From assembly GCA_031416315.1 (NCBI GenBank), contig JANOTL010000044.1:1-18348 (forward strand): a stretch of 18,348 bases of DNA, read 5' to 3'. The DNA comes from Pseudomonadota bacterium (GTDB taxonomy: Bacteria > Bdellovibrionota_B > Oligoflexia > Oligoflexales > CAIYRB01). A model generated the notes under the pieces. That model saw only the letters and a program-made list of their open reading frames with translations. It was not told the DNA's origin and did no database searches. The translations under genes were made by a program, and so were the position numbers. Below are positions 1 to 8,076 of the stretch, one piece after another (the first letter of the stretch is position 1; each line of letters begins with the position of its first letter).

Positions 1-843
1 GTCCCCGTCTTCCCGAAGCCCTTCTCTTTCGCCGTCGCGCAGGACCGCCTCGCGGAGAAGGATTTCCTGAACGGCCTGGGCATCCGAACCGCGCCGTACG
101 CGCGCGTCGACACACTGGCGCAGCTTCAGGAGGCCGCGCGCTCGTTTGGACTGCCGGCGATCTTGAAGACGCGGCGGATGGGTTACGACGGGCGGGGACA
201 GTGCGTCGTGCGGGACTTCGAAAATCTGCCGGCAGCGTTCCAGCAACTCGGCGCGAAAGATCTGCTCCTCGAAGGCTTCGTAAACTTCGATCGCGAAGTC
301 TCCGTCCTCGGCGTCCGCTCGCGGACCGGCGAGATGCGCTTCTACCCGCTCTGCGAGAACGAGCATCAGGACGGCATTCTTGCCGTGACCCGCGTCCCGG
401 CGCGCGTGCCAGCGCCGCTGGAAGGTGCCGCAAAAGCCTTGAGCGCCAAGGTTTTGGAGGCTCTGGACCACGTCGGGGTCCTCTGCGTCGAGCTCTTCCA
501 GCAGGGCGAGACGCTGATCGCCAACGAGATCGCCCCGCGCGTCCACAACTCCGGGCACTGGACGATCGAAGGCGCGACGACGAGCCAATTCGACAACCAT
601 CTGCGCGCGATTTGCGGTTTACCTCTCGGCGCCGCCGACGCGCGCGGACCGACCGCGATGGTGAACCTCGTCGGTCACCTTCCCGAGCTTTCGCGCGCCC
701 TCGCCATCCCCGAAACAACCGCACATTTTTATGGGAAGTCGGTGCGTGCGCAGCGCAAAGTTGGCCACCTCACCATCCGTGCTCAAAATTTAGGCGAGCT
801 CGAGACACGAATCGCCCTGGCGAGGCAACTCACATCTCCATGA
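1..843 (+). CDS. purK: N5-carboxyaminoimidazole ribonucleotide synthase (ATP-grasp), 5'-truncated by the window edge
   Basis: Frame is open from base 1 (VPVFPKPFSFAVAQDRLAEKDFL...). PurK motifs GYDGRGQ, FDREVS, NEIAPRVHNSGHWT, SQFDNHLRAICG and YGK...RKVGH; stop TGA at 841-843. Confidence 0.95.
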   Translation, partial: VPVFPKPFSFAVAQDRLAEKDFLNGLGIRTAPYARVDTLAQLQEAARSFGLPAILKTRRMGYDGRGQCVVRDFENLPAAFQQLGAKDLLLEGFVNFDREVSVLGVRSRTGEMRFYPLCENEHQDGILAVTRVPARVPAPLEGAAKALSAKVLEALDHVGVLCVELFQQGETLIANEIAPRVHNSGHWTIEGATTSQFDNHLRAICGLPLGAADARGPTAMVNLVGHLPELSRALAIPETTAHFYGKSVRAQRKVGHLTIRAQNLGELETRIALARQLTSP

Positions 844-877
844 GCCTCCCCCGGCGCTCCTTGCCGCGCAAGGCCTT

Positions 878-908
878 GGTGGAAAACCGGTGGGTAACTT
901 GTGGGTGT
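878..908 (-). promoter_or_regulatory. Three tandem DnaA-box-like 9-mers at 11-bp period
   Basis: GGTGGAAAA (878-886), GGTGGGTAA (889-897) and TGTGGGTGT (900-908) versus TGTGGATAA, with 2-3 mismatches each; located upstream of nrdA, where DnaA boxes are known in E. coli. Confidence 0.45.
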
Positions 909-1029
909 AATTCACGGAGCCTTCATCTAGAGCGGGCTTCAAGATTTCCCCACGCGCGAAACCTTGATGTAGTGCGGGTTACGAGCTTCGCCCGTCTTCA
1001 AAGACCTTCCCAGCAAGCCTTCCCGGCAC

Positions 1030-1076
1030 ACGCCATATTTAGCGGTTGCACCGAAAAACCACACTAGATATGCTGT
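1030..1076 (+). promoter_or_regulatory. Tandem NrdR boxes
   Basis: ACGCCATATTTAGCGG (1030-1045) and ACACTAGATATGCTGT (1061-1076) versus consensus acaCwAtATaTwGtgt; starts are 31 bp apart, the typical NrdR-box spacing; directly upstream of nrdA. Confidence 0.8.
1046..1074 (+). promoter_or_regulatory. Sigma70-type promoter of nrdAB
   Basis: TTGCAC (1046-1051) - 17 nt - TATGCT (1069-1074); the -10 element lies inside the second NrdR box; predicted TSS about 1080-1082. Confidence 0.7.
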
Positions 1077-1206
1077 GTTGCAGGGCACCTCTCCGATAAT
1101 TTTTCGGCAAAAGACTCACCTCAGGGACCTGCTTTTAGGCACCTGGGGCTCGCCTACGACTGTGCCTCTTATTTGTGCAGGCCCTCTTCTTTTTCAAGGA
1201 GCGTCG

Positions 1207-3633
1207 ATGACCCCGCAAGCCCCCCAAGCTTCGACCGCCGCGAACCTCGAGTCCAATGCCGCTCCCGCGTCCTTCGCCAACTCGTCCCTCAAGGCCGAGC
1301 CGGCGCTGCGCGTCAAAAAGCGTGACGGAAGCTCCGAGCCGGTCGATCCCCTTCAGATCATCCTGAAGGTCGCGCGCTGCGCGGAGGGCCTGCCCAACAT
1401 CGAGCCCCAGGTCGTCGCCGACAAGGCCATCCGCGGCATCTACGACGGCGTCTCGACCGCCGAGCTCGATCGCCTGCTGATCCAGAACGCCGCGATGCTG
1501 ATCGGCGAGGAGCCCGAGTACTCGCGCCTCGCCGCGCGCCTCCTCGACATCTTCATGGCGAAAGAGGTCTACATCGTCCGCGGCATCGAGACCTTTTATG
1601 AATCGATCCTCGCCGGCCATCAGCTCGGCCTGATCGCCGACGAGGCCTACCAATTCGTCCGCGCTAACGCCATGAAACTGAACGCCGCGATTCACCGTAA
1701 GCGCTCGGATCATTTCGAGTATTTCGGCCTGCGCACGATCTACGACCGCTACCTGCTCCGCCACCCGCAGAGCCGCCACGTGATCGAGACGGCGCAGTAC
1801 TTCTTCATGCGCGTCGCCTGCGGCCTGTCGACCAACGTCGACGACGCGATCGCCTTCTACGACCTGCTCTCGTCCTTTGAATACATGCCGAGCACGCCGA
1901 CCCTCTTCAACGCGGGCACGCGCCACTCGCAGATGTCTTCCTGCTACCTCCTCGACTCGCCGGACGACGATCTCTCGTCGATCTACGACAAGTACAAGGA
2001 CGTCGCCCTCCTCTCGAAGTTCGCCGGCGGCATCGGCCTCGCCTACCACCGCGTCCGCGCGCGCGGGTCCTTGATCAAGGGCACGAACGGCCAGTCGAAC
2101 GGCATCGTCCCCTTCCTGAAGACCCTCGACTCCTCCGTCGCGGCGGTCAACCAGGGCGGCAAGCGCAAGGGCGCGGCCTGCATCTACCTGGAGACCTGGC
2201 ACGCCGACATCATGGATTTCCTCCAGCTGCGCAACAACACGGGCGACGAAGCCTCGCGCACGCACAACCTGAACCTCGCGAACTGGATCCCGGATCTGTT
2301 CATGAAGCGCCTGAAGGTCGACGGCATGTGGTCGCTCTTCGACCCGAAGTACACGCCGCACCTCACCGACCTCTACGGCGACGAGTTCGAGGCCGCCTAC
2401 GAGCAGGCCGAGAGCGAAGGCAAGTTCGCGAAGCAGATCAAGGCCCGCGAGCTCTACGCCTTGATGATGAAGACCTTGGCCCAGACCGGCAACGGCTGGA
2501 TGACCTTCAAGGACGCCTCGAACAAGAAGTCGAATCAGACCGGCGAGCCGGGCAACGTCATCCACCTCTCCAACCTTTGCACCGAGATCCTGGAAGTCAC
2601 GTCGGGCAAAGAGACGGCCGTGTGCAACCTCGGCTCGTTGAACTTGGCGCGCTACGTCGAAGGCGGCGCGTTCAACTACGAGAAGCTGGCGAAGAACGTC
2701 CGCATGGCGACGCGCTATCTGGATCGCGTCATCGACATCAACTACTACCCGATCCCCGCGACCAAAGCCTCGAACCACCGTTGGCGGCCGGTCGGCCTCG
2801 GCGTGATGGGGCTTCAAGACGTCTTCTTCAAGCTTCAGCTCGCGTTCGACGACCCGAAAGCGCGCGAGATCTCGGCGCGCGTGCAGGAAGAAGTGTATTT
2901 CCACGCGCTGAGCGCTTCCTGCGAGCTCGCCGCCGAACACGGCGCGCACGGATCTTTCAGCGAAACGCGCGCTGCCAAGGGCGACCTGCAGTTCGACCTC
3001 TGGGGCGTGACGCCGACCGACTCCGCCCGCTGGGACGCGCTGAAAGCGCGCATCAAGCAGCACGGCCTGCGCAACTCGCTCCTCATCGCGATCGCGCCGA
3101 CCGCGACCATCGCCTCCATCGTCGGCGCCTACGAATGCATTGAGCCGCAGGTCTCGAACCTCTTCAAGCGCGAGACGCTCTCGGGCGAGTTCCTTCAGAT
3201 CAACAACTACCTCGTCGACTCCCTGCGCAAGATTGGCCTCTGGAACAAGTCGATCCGCGCCAAGATCAAGCTTGCCGAGGGCTCCGTCCAAAACATCGAC
3301 GAGATCCCGGAAGAGCTGAAGCGGATTTACCGCACCGTGTGGGAAGTGCCGATGCGGTCGCTCATCGACATGGCCGCCGAACGCGGCGCCTTCATCGACC
3401 AGAGCCAAAGTCTCAATCTTTTCATGGACTCGCCGACCATCGGCAAAGTCAGCTCCATGTACGCTTACGCCTGGGAAAAAGGGTTGAAGACGACGTACTA
3501 TCTGCGCTCGCGCGCGGCGACCAAGATCTCGAAGACGACGGTCACCGAGGAAGTCGCGGCCCCCGAGATCACCGGAACGGAAGCGGTCGCGTGCTCGCTC
3601 GAAAATCCCGGTGCCTGCGAAGCCTGCCAGTAA
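1207..3633 (+). CDS. nrdA: Ribonucleoside-diphosphate reductase class Ia alpha subunit with N-terminal ATP cone (808 aa)
   Basis: ATP cone VKKRDG; PSTPTLFNAG; SSCY; SNLCTEI (catalytic N/C/E); AVCNLGS; IAPTATIAS; TTYYLR (radical-relay YY); C-terminal CEAC. Start moved from the ORF-track TTG 1075 to ATG 1207, which has RBS AAGGAG at 1196-1201. Confidence 0.96.
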   Translation: MTPQAPQASTAANLESNAAPASFANSSLKAEPALRVKKRDGSSEPVDPLQIILKVARCAEGLPNIEPQVVADKAIRGIYDGVSTAELDRLLIQNAAMLIGEEPEYSRLAARLLDIFMAKEVYIVRGIETFYESILAGHQLGLIADEAYQFVRANAMKLNAAIHRKRSDHFEYFGLRTIYDRYLLRHPQSRHVIETAQYFFMRVACGLSTNVDDAIAFYDLLSSFEYMPSTPTLFNAGTRHSQMSSCYLLDSPDDDLSSIYDKYKDVALLSKFAGGIGLAYHRVRARGSLIKGTNGQSNGIVPFLKTLDSSVAAVNQGGKRKGAACIYLETWHADIMDFLQLRNNTGDEASRTHNLNLANWIPDLFMKRLKVDGMWSLFDPKYTPHLTDLYGDEFEAAYEQAESEGKFAKQIKARELYALMMKTLAQTGNGWMTFKDASNKKSNQTGEPGNVIHLSNLCTEILEVTSGKETAVCNLGSLNLARYVEGGAFNYEKLAKNVRMATRYLDRVIDINYYPIPATKASNHRWRPVGLGVMGLQDVFFKLQLAFDDPKAREISARVQEEVYFHALSASCELAAEHGAHGSFSETRAAKGDLQFDLWGVTPTDSARWDALKARIKQHGLRNSLLIAIAPTATIASIVGAYECIEPQVSNLFKRETLSGEFLQINNYLVDSLRKIGLWNKSIRAKIKLAEGSVQNIDEIPEELKRIYRTVWEVPMRSLIDMAAERGAFIDQSQSLNLFMDSPTIGKVSSMYAYAWEKGLKTTYYLRSRAATKISKTTVTEEVAAPEITGTEAVACSLENPGACEACQ

Positions 3634-3643
3634 GGAGTCTCTG

Positions 3644-4639
3644 ATGCTGCTCGACCATGGAATGAACCTGACGCTTCGGCCGATGAAGTATCCGGCGTTC
3701 TACGAGATGTACAAGAACGGCATCAAGAACACTTGGACGGTCGAGGAGGTGGACTTCGGCGGCGACGTCGCGGACCTGCGCAAGATGACCGCGGCCGAGC
3801 GCCACCTGATCCATCGGCTGGTGGCCTTTTTCGCCACCGGCGACTCGATCGTGTCGAACAACCTGGTCCTCAACCTTTACAAGCACATCAACTCGCCCGA
3901 AGCGCGCATGTACTTGTCACGTCAACTTTACGAAGAAGCGATCCACGTCCAGTTCTACCTGACGCTCCTCGACACGTATCTCCCAGACGAGAAGGCGCGC
4001 TCGGAAGCGTTCACCGCGATCGAAACGATCCCCTCCATCAAGCAAAAAGGCGACTTCTGCTTCAAGTGGATGGAATCGATCCATACGCTCGACACGCTCC
4101 AGACGAAGGACGACCGCCGCCTGTTTCTCTTGAATATGGTGTGCTTCGCGGCCTGCATCGAAGGCCTCTTCTTCTTCGCCGCCTTCGCGTACGTCTACTT
4201 CCTGCGGTCCAAAGGCCTCTTGCACGGCCTCGCCGCCGGCACCAACTGGGTGTTCCGCGACGAGAGCGCGCACATGAGTTTTGCCTTCGAGGTGATCAAG
4301 CAAGCGCGTCTGGAGGAGCCGGACCTTTTCGACGACGAGCTGAAGCGGAAGATCGTCCTCATGATCGACGAAGCGGTCGAATGCGAGATGGTCTTCGCCG
4401 ACGACGTGCTCGGCCTCGGCGTCGCCGGCCTGTCGGCGCGCGACATGCGCCAATACCTGCAGTTCGTCGCCGACCAAAGGCTCGTCGCGCTCGGCATTCC
4501 GCCCGTCTACCGCGTCAAGAATCCCTTCGGATTCATGGAGCTTCAGGACGTCCAGGAGCTGGCGAACTTCTTCGAGCGTCGAGTCGCTGCCTACCAGATC
4601 GGTGTTTCGGGCGACGTCGCGTTCAACGAAGAATTCTAG
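3644..4639 (+). CDS. nrdB: Ribonucleotide reductase class Ia beta subunit (331 aa)
   Basis: Di-metal ligands FFATGD, EEAIH, IEG and RDESAH; radical Tyr in HVQFY; C-terminal NFFERRVAAYQ. ATG 3644 follows RBS TAAGGAG, which overlaps the nrdA stop. Confidence 0.95.
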   Translation: MLLDHGMNLTLRPMKYPAFYEMYKNGIKNTWTVEEVDFGGDVADLRKMTAAERHLIHRLVAFFATGDSIVSNNLVLNLYKHINSPEARMYLSRQLYEEAIHVQFYLTLLDTYLPDEKARSEAFTAIETIPSIKQKGDFCFKWMESIHTLDTLQTKDDRRLFLLNMVCFAACIEGLFFFAAFAYVYFLRSKGLLHGLAAGTNWVFRDESAHMSFAFEVIKQARLEEPDLFDDELKRKIVLMIDEAVECEMVFADDVLGLGVAGLSARDMRQYLQFVADQRLVALGIPPVYRVKNPFGFMELQDVQELANFFERRVAAYQIGVSGDVAFNEEF

Positions 4640-4642
4640 AGC

Positions 4643-5308
4643 TCAGGGCTTCTTCGCGCAGTAGCTGGCGAGCAGGCCCTTCAGCATCTCTGGGCTGACG
4701 CCTGCGGGCAGCTTGCCTGCGGCGCCGGCCAGGATCGAATCAGCTTTGGCCTGGTTCGCGCACGCTTGCGCCAAGAGCGCCGGATCGAGACCCGGAATGG
4801 CGCCGGAGCCCGAGCCCGCACCCGCGCCGCCGCCGAGGAGGCCGGCCAAGAGACTCGGGTCGAGCTTGCCGGCACCGCCCAAAAGGCCCGCCAGCAGGCT
4901 TGGATCGAGCTTGCCCGCCGCGCCGCCGCCGCCGAGAAGTCCGGCTAGCAGGCTCGATATACCGCCCGGAGCCGCCGGATCGGCCTTGCCCGAAGGCGCG
5001 TCCAAGTCCTTGTCATCCTTATCGGCCGCGGAGTCGGACTTTTCGGAGTCCGCGTCAGAGTCCGAGTCCTTGTCTTTGCCTTTGTCCTTGTCTTTGTCGC
5101 TGGAGTCGTTCGACTCCTTGCCTTCGTCGTCGCTCTTCGACGTGTCCTTGCCGGACTTGTCGCCCTTGCCGCTAGTCGGCACGTCCTTGCTCTCGTCCTT
5201 CTTCTTCGCCGCAGGCTTCGACTCGGTTCTCTCTTCCGCCTTTTGACCGCAGGCAGGGAGAACGACGAGGCCGAGCGAGAACGCGAGGACGATGGCATAG
5301 CGACTCAT
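4643..5308 (-). CDS. Uncharacterised low-complexity lipoprotein (221 aa): D/K/S-rich linker, LLAGLLGG repeats, C-terminal Cys pair
   Basis: ATG 5308 with RBS AGGAGA; signal peptide MSRYAIVLAFSLGLVVLPA-C (lipobox); stop lies 3 bp from the convergent nrdB stop. Confidence 0.8.
   Translation of the reverse strand: MSRYAIVLAFSLGLVVLPACGQKAEERTESKPAAKKKDESKDVPTSGKGDKSGKDTSKSDDEGKESNDSSDKDKDKGKDKDSDSDADSEKSDSAADKDDKDLDAPSGKADPAAPGGISSLLAGLLGGGGAAGKLDPSLLAGLLGGAGKLDPSLLAGLLGGGAGAGSGSGAIPGLDPALLAQACANQAKADSILAGAAGKLPAGVSPEMLKGLLASYCAKKP
4770..4960 (-). repeat. Degenerate intragenic coding repeat (GKLDPSLLAGLLGG-type, about 3-4 copies)
   Basis: ISSLLAGLLGG / GKLDPSLLAGLLGG / GKLDPSLLAGLLGG / GLDPALLA in the translation; synonymous differences between copies at DNA level. 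Boundaries are approximate. Confidence 0.75.
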
Positions 5309-5331
5309 GCAGTCTCCTAGATGGTTTCGCT

Positions 5332-5359
5332 CTTTCGGAAACAAACCGTGGAAACTTGA
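5332..5359 (-). promoter_or_regulatory. Sigma28 (FliA/SigD)-like promoter of the 4643-5308 lipoprotein
   Basis: Minus strand TCAAG(TTT) - 15 nt after the G - TCCGAAAG, within the 70-bp gap upstream of ATG 5308. Confidence 0.55.
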
Positions 5360-5378
5360 GAGCGCGACCAAGACGACT

Positions 5379-6347
5379 CTAACTCGCTTTAATTTCGCTA
5401 CGATAAAGCAGGTACGGCACCACCCCTAAAAGGTTGAGCGCCAGCGTACCCAGGGCGAAGACGTTGAAGACGTTGGCGCCGCCGGACCAGCCGACCGAGG
5501 CGTAGAGCTGCTCGAAGGCGAGGTGACCGACCACCATGCCGCCGGGCGCGAGAGGCACCGCGCTGGCGAGCAGGCCCAAGGGATAGACGGTCGCAAAGGT
5601 CGGGAGGTCGGGCGTGAAGCCGACGAGCCGCGTCGTGAGGTCGAGAAAGTAGAACATCGCGAAGGCCTGGACGAACATCGTACAAACGACGACTGCCGCC
5701 AGGCGCATCGGCTGACCGCGATAGCAACGCAGGGCGTCGTAGACCCGCTTCAGTAAGGCAAAGCCAGGGATCTTCTTCGACAGGAGACGCTCGAAGGGAT
5801 CTTTCCCCTCTTTGTGCGGGAAGAAGACGATCGCACCGCCGACGAGGATCCCGAGGACGCCGAGGCCGATGAACCCCGAATAAGCGGACAGAGCGCGGCT
5901 GCCCAAGGCGAACTCGTAGTTCGCGACGACGGCGAAGCCCGCTAGCAGAAAGAGGCTCACGAGCCCGACGATCCGGTCCAGGACCACGGTCACCATCGCG
6001 GGCGTCTTGCGCTCGGCCTGCTGCTCGCGGACCACGTAGTAGGCTTTGACGATGTCGCCACCGACCGCGCCCGGCATCGCCGTGTTGAAGAAGAGGCCAA
6101 TGAGCTGCAGCGCCGCTGCCCGCCGGTAGGGCACGTTCAGGTTTACGCCGCGCAGCAGCACCCACCAGCGCAAAGCCCCAAGCAGCACGTAGCCCCCGAG
6201 CCAGAGCGCGACGTTCCAAGCGAGCACGACCGGCTCGTCCAGGAATATCTTTAGCTGCTTGAAGTCGAGCTTCCCTTGCTGCACGAGCCAGACGATCAAA
6301 GCGACGGCGACCGTGAGCTTGAGAAGCGGCACGAGGACGCGCTTCAT
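5379..6347 (-). CDS. Lysylphosphatidylglycerol synthase TM-domain / flippase-like membrane protein (UPF0104/YbhN-like), 322 aa
   Basis: About 8 hydrophobic segments; family motifs RWWVLL, FFNTAMPGAVGGDIVKAYY, LDRIVG and VPLAPGGM. ATG 6347 with RBS TAAGGA overlapping the upstream stop. Confidence 0.85.
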   Translation of the reverse strand: MKRVLVPLLKLTVAVALIVWLVQQGKLDFKQLKIFLDEPVVLAWNVALWLGGYVLLGALRWWVLLRGVNLNVPYRRAAALQLIGLFFNTAMPGAVGGDIVKAYYVVREQQAERKTPAMVTVVLDRIVGLVSLFLLAGFAVVANYEFALGSRALSAYSGFIGLGVLGILVGGAIVFFPHKEGKDPFERLLSKKIPGFALLKRVYDALRCYRGQPMRLAAVVVCTMFVQAFAMFYFLDLTTRLVGFTPDLPTFATVYPLGLLASAVPLAPGGMVVGHLAFEQLYASVGWSGGANVFNVFALGTLALNLLGVVPYLLYRSEIKAS

Positions 6348-6354
6348 CGAATCC

Positions 6355-7371
6355 TTACCAATTCCAACGACCCCCAATACCTAGCACATGGCCACGGGTC
6401 GGCACATTGGTATTGTATCGGGACGCGAACAGATACATCTCCGGTGCCTCGTCGGTCCAGGATCCGTCGCCGAAGCGGTAGCGAAGGGACGTGTACATCG
6501 CGTCCGAGCCGACCTGCTTATTGGCCGCGTCGAGCGCGCGCGGGTTCTCGATCTCAAGATAGTAACGGTAGCCGCCCATGACGATCGCGCGCTCAAAGAG
6601 GCGCTGGTGCCATTCGAGACGCGCATTGTTCGCAACGATCGAGCCCACCTGCTGCGTGTCGTCGACGGCGCCGACGTTCTCGTAATGGGTCATGGCGAAG
6701 TGGACGACGCCGTTCGCCTGCGTGATGAATTGCCGCACCTCGCCGCTGGCGGCGCTCGCCAGCGGCCGATCGCTGCGGTCGGTGACCGACACACTTCCCC
6801 GAAGAATCGTCGTCGGCGTCGTGAAGTGCGTCGCGCCAAAGGCGACGTTGTTGCCGTGAAGGTCCGCTGGCGTGCGGATGCGTTTGCCGTCGGTGTCGGT
6901 GAATTCGATCGGCGCCTGCTTTACGTCGGTGCGCCGCAGATCGAGCGTCGTCTGCAGAGTCTCCGAGCGAAACCACTGGCCGAGCCTGAGCCCGTAGAAT
7001 TTCGCGTCCGCGAGTTGCGACTTCGTCCCGCCGAAGAAGGCGCCGGCGGTCGTACCGACTCGGAATCCTTGGTCGACCCCGGCCGAAAGCGAGAGCTCGC
7101 TGACCTTGTCTCTACCGTCGAGCTGCTTCTTCAAAAGATCGGCGGGCTCGATGAAACGCAGCTCTTTCCCGGTCGCGCCGAGTCGAAAGCTCGTCGCCCG
7201 GCCTTCGCCCTTCCAAAACCGGGCGTCTTCGCTCACCGAAAGCGAGGCGACCTTCGCATCGAGCTTGTCTTCTTTATACGAGCCGACGGCGCTTTCGACG
7301 GCGCCGCCGAGGGCTTGCGTCGAAAACGCGCACAGGAGGAATTCAGCCGCCGCACGTCGGACACGAGCCAC
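6355..7371 (-). CDS. Putative outer-membrane beta-barrel protein, DUF3570-like (about 338 aa; start uncertain)
   Basis: Alternating amphipathic beta-strand pattern; C-terminal beta-signal GIGGRWNW; directly downstream of and overlapping a DUF4266-like gene, the usual DUF3570 context. GTG 7371 has GGAGG 8 nt upstream. Confidence 0.65.
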   Translation of the reverse strand: MARVRRAAAEFLLCAFSTQALGGAVESAVGSYKEDKLDAKVASLSVSEDARFWKGEGRATSFRLGATGKELRFIEPADLLKKQLDGRDKVSELSLSAGVDQGFRVGTTAGAFFGGTKSQLADAKFYGLRLGQWFRSETLQTTLDLRRTDVKQAPIEFTDTDGKRIRTPADLHGNNVAFGATHFTTPTTILRGSVSVTDRSDRPLASAASGEVRQFITQANGVVHFAMTHYENVGAVDDTQQVGSIVANNARLEWHQRLFERAIVMGGYRYYLEIENPRALDAANKQVGSDAMYTSLRYRFGDGSWTDEAPEMYLFASRYNTNVPTRGHVLGIGGRWNW

Positions 7372-7564
7372 CAACCGCACCTCCCACGTCACCCGTTCCG
7401 CGCTCGTTCCAAAGCATCGGCTCGTTTCGGAAGGAGGCATGGAAGCCCTCCGTCTTCGCCGGATCCATCATCGGGTCGAGGAGCTTCGCCTTGCGAAACT
7501 TGACGAGGGGATGCACGCAGCCTGAGAGCAGCCCGAGCGCCATCAATGCCACGAGCGCCTTCAC
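7343..7564 (-). CDS. Small lipoprotein, DUF4266-like, with C-terminal CPTC (73 aa)
   Basis: Lipobox LLSG-C; V.P.....L..P.M core, then an E and a Gly-rich tail GGAVGGSCPTCGG. GTGA start/stop overlap with the TlpA gene. Confidence 0.75.
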   Translation of the reverse strand: MKALVALMALGLLSGCVHPLVKFRKAKLLDPMMDPAKTEGFHASFRNEPMLWNERGTGDVGGAVGGSCPTCGG

Positions 7565-8076
7565 TCTGCCGCTGCTCCGAGGAGTTTCTTGATCTCGCCG
7601 AGCTGCTTCGCATCGAGGTGACCCGTGTACGAGCGCACGACGTTGCCATCTTCGTCCACGATCGCGACGGCAGGCAACGCTTCGACCTTCAGGGCCGAGG
7701 CGAGCTTCGCGTCTTGATCGAGATAGGCTTTCGCCTCGAGCGACTTCACGTTGTCTTTCTGTTTCTTGAAGTAGCCCTTTGCCTCGCCGATCGACTCGTC
7801 GACGCTGACCGGCAGGAAGAGCGCTCCCTCGTAGTTTGCCACGATCGGGGCCAATTCACCCATCACCTCGCCGCAACCCTGGCACCATGAGGCCCAGAAC
7901 ATCATCACGGTCATCTTGCCGGAGAGGTCCTTGGCAACCAACTTCCCACCTTTCAAGCCCTTGAGGGCGATGCTTTTCGGGACCTGGCGACCTGCGGCCT
8001 GAGCGCTGAGGCTCGTACCGAGGATCGTAACCATCAAAAGCGCTCTAAGAAAGGCGTTCACGAGGGGAGCTTTCAT
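7561..8076 (-). CDS. Exported TlpA/ResA-like thiol-disulfide oxidoreductase (171 aa)
   Basis: Signal peptide ending AQA; GKMTVMMFWASWCQGC, VSVD, ALP cis-Pro loop, IVDEDG. True start is ATG 8076, with an ATGA overlap on the upstream stop; the ORF-track extension to 8703 is a shadow of the upstream gene. Confidence 0.9.
   Translation of the reverse strand: MKAPLVNAFLRALLMVTILGTSLSAQAAGRQVPKSIALKGLKGGKLVAKDLSGKMTVMMFWASWCQGCGEVMGELAPIVANYEGALFLPVSVDESIGEAKGYFKKQKDNVKSLEAKAYLDQDAKLASALKVEALPAVAIVDEDGNVVRSYTGHLDAKQLGEIKKLLGAAAE

Noticed and set aside
859..873. CCTTGC-CGC-GCAAGG hairpin after purK as an intrinsic terminator
   Set aside because: Only a 6-bp stem and no U-tract follows.
1075..1206. 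44-aa N-terminal extension of NrdA from TTG 1075
   Set aside because: It would start upstream of the predicted TSS, at the edge of the NrdR box, with no RBS; ATG 1207 has a clear AAGGAG.
844..1206. Cobalamin riboswitch upstream of nrdA
   Set aside because: No B12-box or GCCACUG-type conserved elements were recognised; an Rfam scan would be needed to exclude it formally.
1135..3408. 757-aa antisense ORF opposite nrdA (similarly 6388-7503 +, 9146-10258 -, 11209-12570 +, 13602-14603 +)
   Set aside because: Shadow ORFs expected from GC-rich codon bias opposite well-supported genes; no recognisable motifs.
1207..4639. Intein or intron in nrdA/nrdB
   Set aside because: Both ORFs are continuous and of normal length, with no insertion at the catalytic motifs.
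7274..7345. Selenocysteine read-through of the TGA after CPTCGG in the DUF4266-like gene
   Set aside because: Read-through gives an implausible Arg-rich tail overlapping the barrel gene, and no SECIS-like hairpin was identified; a normal stop is more parsimonious.
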